Assembly: GCF_041146345.1 (NCBI RefSeq)
Contig: NW_027191415.1
Span: 434,001-498,000, forward strand
Source of the DNA: Neodothiora populina
Lineage: Eukaryota
Reading direction: 5' to 3'
DNA length: 64,000 nt
The notes beneath the pieces were generated by a model. The model worked only from the letters and a program-made list of their open reading frames with translations, had not been told where the DNA came from and made no database searches. Below, piece by piece: positions 50,714 through 61,076 of the stretch (positions within the stretch are counted from its first letter, which is position 1; the number at the start of each line of letters is the position of its first letter). A program made the position numbers and the translations under genes.

Positions 50714-52246
50714 TCAAAAACCAGTCGGCATTCCCTTTTTAGCAGCAAGCGCTTCCCTTTTCTGAATGGCTTCGAGTTCGATTGCTGTCAGGTTGCCAAA
50801 TCCACCCCAACCGTCGAAGGTCTCGTTCAGATGAACAGCAGCCTTGAGAAAGTATTCATCTGGGTCGCCCCAAGTCTCCTTGGCGACCTTCATTGCCCTC
50901 AGCGCCTTGACAAAGTGTGCATCGAGTTTGTACTCCCCGTTCACTGCGTCGTCATCAATGTGCTTCCAAGTCTTGCCTTTGAGATCGAAAGCGTGTATCT
51001 TTGCCACATCGATCTTGGGACGTTGCTGAGCTATGTAAGTTGACACGGCAAACAGCCACCATTGTCGAACAAGAGCGATATGGTACTGCTTGGGGATCAT
51101 TGGGATGACGACACGCAGAGCGTGTGTGCTTGTCAGCACGTGCACGAGGAAGAAGTCGTACTTTTGACCATGCTCGTGGGGTGATACTAGCAGCGCAATG
51201 GCAGCCTTCTGGACCTGTTCGAATTGAGAAGGATGGCCGTGCACAGTGAGAGCATTCCAGAATTCCAAGAGCAAGGCCTCCGAGTCAGGGTTTTTGGTGA
51301 CCGCCTCTAACGTCTCAGAGCCAGGCGAGTCTAGGCCAATGGACTCGAAGCGGGAGTCTTGACGCATCTTTTCGAAGACCTCAAGCGGAGACTCCGAGGT
51401 CCACGGTGACGGCTTCGTATATGAGGGGTCGTCAAGGTATTCATGCTCTTTGTTATAGAACGAAGCCACGAGTGCGAGTGCCTCGATGGCCAAAGTGGGT
51501 GAGTTCAGCTCCAGGGCATAGCCGAGATGTATGAGGGGATGGCCGACTGAGCACAGTGTTTAGCAGACTCTACATTGACATCGGAAAGCACGTGAACATA
51601 CGGCCAGCGATGACGTTGTTTATAAGAGGATTCTTGCGGTGAAATAGAAAGTGGAAAAGCAGCTGCTTCCAGTCATAGCCGAATTGAACGAGCTGATCCT
51701 CGAAGAAATCGACCCATGCGCGTTGGTACCTGCAGGCTTTGTATCAATATCTCGACTCAAGTCTTGTATAAACGAACAGTTGCAGCACATACTCTCTCTT
51801 TCCCAGATAGTCTTGCCAGTCGTGCTTGGAAATTTCGGAAGGGGCGTCGACCCAGGGCTCCAGCTCTTCCGACTCTTTCTCGTAGATGTCATGCATGCGC
51901 TCCACGCTTGCTCCGAGCAAGAAAGCGGATCCGAGAATCTATTCCATCCGTCTCAGCATTCACACTGCTACTATTGCTCTGGGCTTCCACATTCAAGGGC
52001 TCCAGGTGGATGGAATCAACCTACGTGAGGCGCATGGTTGTGAAACTCCAGATGATGGTAAATGATGGAGTGATTGATGTGGTTTCCCTTGATGAAATGC
52101 TTGAGCGTGCGAGCTCTCTTCTCTGGCGATTCTTCAATCTCGTGGATCTCGACCGGTGCTAAGTCGATACCCTGTGCGGAGGCGTCACTCGATCGAAGGA
52201 AATTGGGGATGCCGAAGCCCAGGTTACTGAAGGATATCATAGACAT
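50714..52246 (-). CDS. Questin oxidase-like/DUF4243 (HypA/MGS207-type) protein; multi-exon
   Basis: RARTLKHFIKGNHINHSIIYHHLEFHNHAPHILGSAFLLGA, GHPLIHLGYALEL, YDFFLVHVLTSTHA and DAHFVKALRA; GT-AG introns (e.g. 51939-52024). Confidence 0.8.
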
Positions 52247-52566
52247 GATTCCGCTGCTTTGTGTCTGTCGGCGAGGAGGTGGCCTTCAGAGTTTTACGAT
52301 CCACAAGAGTCGGATATACGGAGTATATATAAGAGATACAGTATATATAAGAAATAGATTACATCAAGGTGGAGACTCAATAAGGATGGGAAATGTTTAA
52401 AGCTTCCCCGCAGTTGCATTACAGTACAGTACAGCACAAGTACAGTGGAGTACAAGGGTAATATGCCGATCAGGTCATGAGATTCTTGGCATTACTTTTA
52501 TGAATTGGAGGCGGATCGACTCGATCATGCTTGGGTCTATGTGTACGTGAATCTGCTCGGTGATAT

Positions 52567-53576
52567 TCATGCCAAGCTGGCCAATAATCTATCCTCGACT
52601 CCCTCGAGGATGCACTTGTGCTCAAGCACCTCGAGGTTCTCGGCTTCGTTCTGGAACAGCTTGTCGGGGTCTTGTTCGGGACCCATGCCAGGCATGCTGC
52701 CCATCTGAGCCTGAGCCATCTGCTGGGATACTTGACTTGCGGCTGTGGGATATCAGTGTCTCTGTGTCATGAACAATGTGCATGTGATGCGAGGAAACAT
52801 ACCGTTGTTGCTGCCAAGAATGAAGTTATACACGGGCTGAAGACCAAACAAGGTAAGGAAGTACCATGACAGACTCGACACCCATCTCACGTCCAAGTCT
52901 CTGGTGCCAACGCCCGACTGTAACATGCTCTTGAACTGCGGTGTGAGGGGAAATGGTAGTTTCACTATAGTAAAGATTAGACGACAGGTGGTCTGGCAGT
53001 GGACTTTGTGACATACTGATGACATAGCCGGCGAAAAAGGCATTGATCCAGCCCATGATCAGAGTCTGAGGAACCATCATGGCGACATTGCCCTTCATCA
53101 TGCCCATCATACCCTCCATCATGGCAGGATCGGTCATTGGGTTCGGCCTTGGCTTGCCGCGCATGTCGGGCTCGGCCAGAAAGACGCCCTCCTTGTATGC
53201 TTCGACCATGTAAGCTCTGCGCGCGGTGAATGCAGCAGGCAAGAGCTGGTTGAAGTTGTTGCGCAGGTTCACGCCGCGCATGAGAGCGCGATTCTGACGC
53301 AGGACCGGTAGAGTCTGAGGCTTGGGTGTTGACTGAAGGAGGGTCGAGAGGTAGTGTCGCATGAGACCAGTCAAGACCTGTGTGTATGTGTTAAACGACA
53401 ACGCCACCAATGTGGGTGCATATCTTCTATCGTACCATGACCACGGTGATTGGAAGGAGGATCCAGTAGCTATAGCTCTGTTAGAGTATGTGGACGGGCG
53501 TTGCAAAGACTGTCGGGGTTCCTCCTTACAAGAGAGCTGGATCCCTGTGGATCATTTGTACCACTGGTTCGGCCAT
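52567..53576 (-). CDS. EMC3: ER membrane protein complex subunit 3; multi-exon
   Basis: HRDPALFYWILLPITVVMVLTGLMRHY, NPMTDPAMMEGMMGMMKGN, PQTLIMGWINAFFAG, KLPFPLTPQFKSMLQSGV and LDVRWVSSLSWYFL. Confidence 0.93.
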
Positions 53577-53751
53577 GTTGAAGATCCCTGACGGCGGAAG
53601 CGACGCAATACACAGCAAGCGTACACTGTTGTGTCTGGAGTGAGCGAGTGTACTATAGATATCCCAGTACCTACAGTTAGCTACAGTAAGGTATGTCTGA
53701 ATGCGCGCCGCACTCAGCACTGACCTGAATGTCGGGCTCTGGCGTCATGAA

Positions 53752-53786
53752 CCTCCGACCTCCGTCCTCCGTCCTCCGTCCTCCGC
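53752..53786. repeat. Five tandem copies of the 7-mer CCTCCG(T/A/C) in the EMC3-SPC2 divergent intergenic region
   Basis: cctccga cctccgt cctccgt cctccgt cctccgc. Confidence 0.85.
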
Positions 53787-54018
53787 CCTTACCTTATTGA
53801 AAGGTAATTACCCGACAGTAATAAGGAACTTTCCCCACATTCGAGGTTAAGGTACAGGTATTCATATTCATATTCATACACAGAGAGCATCTCGGCACAT
53901 GTTCCAGGAAGACAACAACTGTCCGAGCCAAAACGATAGATATCCTTCGATCTTGAGACACTCGAGAGCATTCACACCAAACAGTCAGGATCGCCTGGGA
54001 ATATAACACTCCATCATC

Positions 54019-54830
54019 ATGTCAGGCGATTCGAGAATCTCGCCCTACAATCTTGCAGGTACGTTCCAAAACATACCCTACCTTCCTCAAATTCATCTGC
54101 GAACCTCCCCAGCTCTGACATATATCTTCACGTTCAGACTGCAAGAACACGACCGATGATGCACTCCAGAATTACCTTGCATCTCTGCCCTCGGTCCGTC
54201 AATCGCACTTCCACACCGATGTCAAGCTTGCTCTAGGCTACTCTGCTGTCATCATTGCCGCCGTCACATTTGCATACGACTACAAGCTCGGCTTTGACGC
54301 TACAAAACATTGGACTGCCATCACTGTTGCTGCCTACTTTATTCTGAATGGCGTTTTCACCTACTGGATTTGGGCTGTAGAGAAGGGGACTGTGTTCACA
54401 GGAGATTGGAAGGGACGAAAGGTGAGACATCAATTCCGAGGGCAACATATGTGTTTGTTGTGCTGACCCGCTTCTTCTTGCTCAACAGTTGTCTATAATC
54501 TCACGGACGGAGAAGCTTGACCCAACTTACCGTCTGAAAATCACGTATAGCAAGGCCGCCAGTTCCGTGAGTCAGACGGAGCAGATCGAGATCAATGCCC
54601 CTTTCACGCAGTGGTTCACTGCGGACGGCTTCTTCGTCGCCAAGCCTTTCCAGCAGTGGCTCGCAAGCAGTGTACCCCTGATCGGAGAGGCAGATCCAAA
54701 GAATGCTATCGAGCAAGGCCCAGGTGCGACGAGCACCCAGACTGTCGCTCCCGATGCCACCGCCGAAGCCTTTGAGACCGTCAAGCAGCAGGGTGCCAAG
54801 ATGCAGTCCAAAGTGTCCAAAAGGAAGTGA
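54019..54830 (+). CDS. SPC2: Signal peptidase complex subunit 2 (SPC25 family); 3 exons
   Basis: YNLADCKNTTDDALQNYL, HTDVKLALGYSAV, YFILNGVFTYWIWAVEKG and APFTQWFTADGFFVAKPFQQWL; introns about 54059-54137 and 54422-54488. Confidence 0.88.
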
Positions 54831-55154
54831 AAGACTGATCCACGTTATCCGAGATGATGCGTGTCAAGCAGGGTAAAGTGAAGAAAAGTGGTTGAGCTTA
54901 AATTTCATATACCCCCCAAAACTTCGCCTGTCATATGATGTGGTTTCCCTGATTGAACCGAAACGCCCTCAAAGTGCTTTCGTCCTGCCGTCCAATGCCC
55001 ACCGCTACACGCAGTTCCCTTTTTGGTGGCATTCGTCAGATATCCTTTCGTGACTGGCTATGCGGAATCGTCACTGCCTCTGACATTTCGCCACATACTT
55101 AGGCGCATCATTGCACCTGTGACTGGAAGATCCTTACAATCTCTCTGGCACTGC

Positions 55155-56041
55155 TCAGCTCATTCCCTCCATGACTTCGTCTGCGCCACCATTTGCCTGA
55201 GCTTCGCCTTCTCCCTCTTCGGCATACTCCTCCCCATCTATCGGATCATCTTCCTGATCCCACCACAATAACGGGCCCAGACCACTCTGCTGCATAGAAG
55301 CCTGGTCACAAAAGCAATTAGTATCTCTTTCCGTGATAATATCGCATCTATGTCGTCTCAACGCATGTTGACCTACCGTGATCTCGTAAGGCGATATCCT
55401 CGTCTCCGTCTGCTCATCATTTTCTGCTTGCTCTGCCTGTGCCATCTGCTTGTCGGGGCTCAGATCCGTCCACGTCTCGCCCTCGACTCTGAAGCGCACG
55501 GTTTCGTAGTTGTCGAAGAAGAAATCATTACCTTCACCTGCGCTCCACACCCACGTCTGCTCTGCCTGGTCGAAATGGCTTGGCTCGAAAAGCATATAAG
55601 GCGCGGGCACAAAGATGTCCTCGAAGAAGTCCATCGTGATGCGAATTCCTAGGGGCGTGTTGGACACGATCTTACCCTGTAGGATCTCGCCTTTGAATGG
55701 TCGAAAGACGATGAGGCGAAAGTCAACATTGACATTCACGATGCCCGTGCCGTGCCCGATCAAGCCTTCGCTGGTGTTGAGGATGTCATACAGACCCAGA
55801 CATAACCCCACTTTGTGGATCACCTTGTCGCTGTATTTGGCATTGATGTTGTCTTCGATTGCTTGTGCGCTGCGCTTTTCGAATTCTTGCGGCGCGATTT
55901 GGATCAAGTCCGCTATGGTCACCTTTGCACCCCCCACGAATGAGAATCATTTTCTTCATCTTGTCTTGCTTTGCTTGCTTCTCTTTTTCTCTGACTGATC
56001 AACAGGAAAAGAAGAGAAGATTAACATACCAGAATGTACAT
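55155..56041 (-). CDS. RPC25: RNA polymerase III subunit C25 (RPC8); 3 exons
   Basis: MYIL|VTIADLIQIAP, INAKYSDKVIHKVGLC, FRLIVFRPFKGEIL, DFFEDIFVP and SMQQSGLGPLLWW; introns 55923-56029 and 55302-55376. Confidence 0.92.
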
Positions 56042-56456
56042 CTCGACGATCTGCTGTGCAAGAAGTTGAATGAGACTGTCACGAAAAGTCGCAAATCTTG
56101 ATGATCAGATACACGAAATCCTTAGTAGACCAGATGATCATGTTCGAGCGTGATTAGGAACAAGTATGCTATAACATCATAACACCACTGTATAGAACCA
56201 TCAATACCGACACCAATTATTTCTCTTGTAAATACTTGCGGAAGCATCTTTCACTAACCAAAGCTTGGCATCGAAGCAAATGCTTGGCATCAAACTTATA
56301 CTTCGCCAGTGTATTCTCTGCTAAATTCATCATTCATCAAAACTGAATATTCACTACAGATATATAGATACCATAACTTCTCCAAGCTTACAGCTGGACT
56401 GGGCGGAGACCCGTAGTATCGTATGAGTGTCTAAGATCATTGTTACCCAGGAAAAG

Positions 56457-58525
56457 ATGTCGGGCTTTTCGTTCCCGCCACCACCACCACCGCCTCCCAA
56501 GGCGACATCATCCCAGCAGCCAGAATTAGTCCAAGGCTCTTTTCGTGGTGGTAGAGGTGGTCGTGGAGGCGGTCGGGGTGATGGTCGCGGTACTGGACGC
56601 GGTAGAGGAGGCCAGAATCAGCGCGGCGGTCGACCACAGCAGCCCTATCAATCCCATGCCCATTCCAATCAAGCCTATCAGACTGGAGCGAATTCATTTC
56701 CGGTAAATCAGAGAGGAGGGGCAGCGAATGTCCAAAGTATGCATGGTGATTACTCTCAAAATTATGCGATTCCCCCGGGAGCCTATGTGAATCCGGCATT
56801 CAACCCTCTTCAGACTCAAGGCGTTCAACCACCGCAGCAGTCACATGGATATTCTGCTCAACAGTATGCTTCGAATCAGAGCAGTTCGTCTTCTCCTGGA
56901 GGAAACAAGCGGACCCGGGAGCAAGCTTTTGGTGGTCCGGCCCAAAGACATCATCCTATGAAAAAGCCGCAAAGTGCACCAAAAGTACCAGCAGCTCCTG
57001 CCGTTCCAAGCTTTGGCGCTCCTCTACCTTTGCCACCAAAAGCCACCCCAGCTACTGCTACGGCGCAGATAGTGGCCAGCAAGGCAGACCCGAAGAAACG
57101 CATCAGTCTTTTTGGTTTGACCTCTGAGGGTGGCGTAGCAGACGACACCAAACAAGAAGAAAGCGAGGGTGAAGACGAAGAAGATGATGTGGATGAAGAA
57201 GCATCTTATGCCGCTAATCTCTCCAACGGACCGTGAGTTTATTCCTCGAGACATCTCTCAGATCTTCTGACACTGACATTTGCCCCAGTTTGACAATTGA
57301 ATACAATGGAGAGACGCGCAACTTGTCTTCACCAGCCGAATTAGCTGATTGGCTGAACGAGCGAAAACGCTTCTATCCCACTAAACAACGGATAGAGGAG
57401 AAGAAAACAGAGGTAAGGACGCGCATGGAAGAGCGTAAGCGCATCCAGCAGGAAACGAGAGCGGCAGCCGCCGCTGCTGATCCTACAAGCTCACTGGCCA
57501 AATCCCTACCTGGAAAGCGTGAGAGACCGCAACACCGCGAGGCCGAAAGAGGTCTCAAGGGCCGGCGGGGTGCAGGTCCGGAGCAAGGAGGGTCGGGGAC
57601 GCCCGAAGTATCTTCGAAAGATGATGCTCGGAGACTTCTCGAACTCAAGATGTTCGAGGTGCAAGAATTGCAGAAGAAGCTAGCAGAGAGCGAAGCGCGC
57701 GCCGCAGCTGCAGCAAGTTCGAAGCAGGAAGCTGGCGAAAAGCAGCTTGAGGCGGAGATCCACAAGCATGCTGTCGCCAAGGATTCAACAACGACGGCCG
57801 TAGATCCTGTGGTAAGCGTAGTGTCGCCAGAGGTAGACGTCAACATGACTACAGAAGCAAACTCGGTAGACCCTCTACAAGCCCTTGAAGCAGCTCTGAG
57901 CGCACCGACAGATCCAGCAACAGCAACCCACCCCACTTCATCAGAGCCAGCACTAGAACCATCACATCCTCACGATACAAACCTCGACCAACTCACTAAC
58001 CCCCAAGAACTCAACAACAACGACAACTCCTCCCTACCCCGACCCATTTCAGCAGCCTCACCGCCCGCCCCATCCTCAAACTCCGACTCCTCAGACTCAT
58101 CCGACACAGACTCCTCGGACTCGGACTCCGCCCCCGAGCAGACCTCTTCGCACGGCACAGGCCCGATCCGCGTCGCAGCGCCAAACTCGTCAAAACCAAT
58201 CTGCAACGCCTTCGCGACAACAGGTAATTGTCGCTTCGGGCCGAAATGCCGGTTTCGGCACGTGGCTACCGAGCACACGAGACAAGCGAGGAGTAATGCC
58301 GTCACCAACGATGGTGGTAGTGGTGGAGTTGGGGGGAGCAGTGGGAGGAGGGGGGAAAAGGCTGGAAAGGCCAGGACGACGCTGTTTCAGAGGATGGTGG
58401 AGCAGGAAAAGGAAAAGGAAAATGCGCTCGCGCTGGGCGCTATCAAGTTCCTGGGTCAGGTTGGGTTTTTCAGGAGTGCTGCGCCGGTGACACAGGAGCA
58501 GAAGCAGCAGCAGTCTTCTTCCTAG
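56457..58525 (+). CDS. NUFIP1/Rsa1-like box C/D snoRNP assembly factor with RGG tract and CCCH finger; 2 exons
   Basis: MSGFSFPPPPPPPP, RGG repeats, ELADWLNERKRFYPTKQRIEEK (NUFIP1-type motif) and CNAFATTGNCRFGPKCRFRH; intron 57233-57288. Confidence 0.78.
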
Positions 58526-58725
58526 ATTGTTCTCGATCTACGATGGATTCATTTCACCCATTTGCTCTATCTGCGCAAAAGTGCGTGGACAACCGTGTGG
58601 ACCCAAGTGATGGAAACACCAAGTAGTTCTTGCCTGTTACTTCTATATATATACTCCACAAGACAACAAAACGTCCTCCATCCCCCGCTTATCACCGTGT
58701 ACAACCCACAAAAGTCAATCTCCAT

Positions 58726-60554
58726 TCAAAACTCCATAGCATCCTTCCAAGCAATAAACACCTCCCAAACCCCTCCCGGGTCCCTCTCCAACACCTTTAA
58801 ATTCGCCTCCCCAATCTCCTCAGCAACAGCTCTGACCGTATCGCCCACTTTGCCCGCGAACCCACTTCCCAACCCATGACTTTTCGTGACAAGCACCCAC
58901 AGCTCCCGCAACAGCCTCCATATAACGACGACGAAATCAAACCCCTGGCCGACGAGTTTGGCCGTGACGGCGTGCTCCTCGCGCTGGTCGTAGAGATACA
59001 GCAGCAAGCGCACGAGCGTCCACGAATGCACCACGCGCACGGGGTGGAAGGGCTCAGGGTACAGCACTGGATCGATGGAGAAGTGGATCTTGACCATGTG
59101 CATGAGGGCCTTGGCGACGTTTGTGTCGGAGCCGTTTTCAAGCAGGGCCGCGAAGAGCTCGTTGCGCGCTGCGGCGTACGGTTGGCGCGTGGGTGGGTAC
59201 AGGGTTGACTTGCCGCAGAGGGCCAGCACGGACTCGAGACGGGGTATCGTCGCTGCTGTCGGGGCCGTGGTGGCGGATTTGAGCAGGCCGCGCGCGGTCT
59301 CGAGTTCGCGGAAGGCGAAGGCTTCGAGCGCGGACAGACGCAGTAAGGGGTCTTCTGAGGATGCGGATGCCGGGAGGTTTAGACCTGTGTTTTTCAGGAT
59401 GTTGTCGAAGTCTCGCGCCGAGATCTTCGAGATTGACCGTGTCCAGGCGTCTTCGCGTGTCATGGGTCCGCGGACGCATTTCGTGCAGGCGCAGGTGAAG
59501 CAGTATCGCTCGCGCAGTTCGCGTTGTCGCACTAGATAGGGGTTGGTGTGGTCGATGTAGGAGATGAATATCTCGCTGTCTTTGCGAACGGGCAGGAGCG
59601 AGCGGATGGATATTGATGGTCCGTCCATCACGACGACGGTATTGGGATCGCAAGAGTGGTTTGCGCTGCATATGAGGGGATCCAATGCAAGACCTAAAGG
59701 GTCGAAGGTTGGAGTCACTAGAGTAAGTGAGTTTCGCCATATCTTGCGAGGTGGGTCAGTCTTGAAATCTATAATCAGCATCGGTGTGATATTCATTACC
59801 TGTCCAATATAGTCTTCACCCTGCCCTGAATCATCTCCATGAAGACCCTCTCGCACGAGTATATCCTGCGTAGCCTGGGACGAAACTCCAAACGCTTCCT
59901 TCATGCTATCGCTAGATCCGCCAGCGTCATCCGAGACCGTCAACACCGTGTGCTTTTCCAACTGCCGCAATGCTGCTTTTGCCACATCGTCTGCATCGCT
60001 GTTCATAAACACGGCCAATTCTCGCGCAGCTCTGATCGCGCTCGGCAAGGGCGGATAGTCCTTGAGAAACTTGCATGAATGCTTGTGTTCTCTTTTCCAA
60101 GCTTGACTTTGACATTTCTAAATGCACGAAAACATAAGCATTCATCCTGTTGAACCGATGAAGCAGAAAAGCCCCCCAAACGAATCTCAGTGCACATCAA
60201 GACATCATTTTTCTCGTGTTGGAAGATGGTGAATACTACTAGCAAAGAAGAAAAAGAGAGCCAGTCCAACATTACCTTACTGCAATACCCGACCTGATTA
60301 CAGCCAGTACAAGCATTTACGGTCTGCGCCTGATCATCACTGTCATACGAGCTCATGACACCTTCGTTATCGCCTGTCCATAGAAAACAATTCGAGCATG
60401 AGTCTTCTAAGCGAGGAACGTCTAATACACCGATCAGGGGACGTTTGATGCTCAGAACCAATTCCCCTGCTTTTATGTCTTGTGTGGCGAATAAACCATT
60501 GCCTGCTGTTCGAGATGGACGTACTTGCACATGAGAGACTATGATATTGTCCAT
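58726..60554 (-). CDS. SET and MYND domain (SMYD-type) lysine methyltransferase
   Basis: GNGLFATQDIKAGELVL, MYND CSNC..CTGC..YCSKKCQSQAWKREHKHSC (across intron 60118-60275), NHSCDPN, ISYID and FTCACTKC; probable second intron 59743-59799. Confidence 0.88.
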
Positions 60555-61076
60555 GTTGCAAATAGAAATTACCACAAAACACGTCGTGTTGAGGTTATCC
60601 TCTGTTTAATGATCACTGCAAGTCAGGGCAAATAATACTTCACTTTAGCTTTGTAGTTGGAAATGGATTCGGTGAAACACAAAAGCAGAAGCCAATGACG
60701 TAGGGTAATCAGTTTTAACCCTGGAGACCGATTACAATGAACGCACCATCCAAAGATTCACTTGAACATTATCACAGTGCTCATGTCGTCTAATTCAACA
60801 GTATTATACATGTTCCAATTTTTTCGCTAAGTCTTTACTAAGCCCTGACCGAAGAATGTCGAGGAGTAAAGATCCTCTGAGCGAAAATTGCGACTGCTGT
60901 GTATGGTCGACCTCTTTCATATCCTTCTCTGCTCACCATGCAACGCGCTGCTCGTGAAGGCAAAAGTAACTTGTACGCCTGGACGAAGCCATCAAACACC
61001 TCATCTACCCGCTCAATGGCGACAGCATACATAGCGATAATTCAACGATGATCAGTAAAGCCAAGCATCCAAAGCC

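Noticed and set aside
49316..52246. Secondary-metabolite cluster around the questin-oxidase-like and methyltransferase-like genes
   Set aside because: No PKS, NRPS, terpene synthase or transporter nearby; the neighbours are housekeeping genes.
60118..60275. Possible intronic box C/D snoRNA in the 158-nt SET-MYND intron (ATGATGT..CTGA)
   Set aside because: Imperfect C box, no terminal D box or stem, and no evident rRNA guide; would need snoscan or Infernal.
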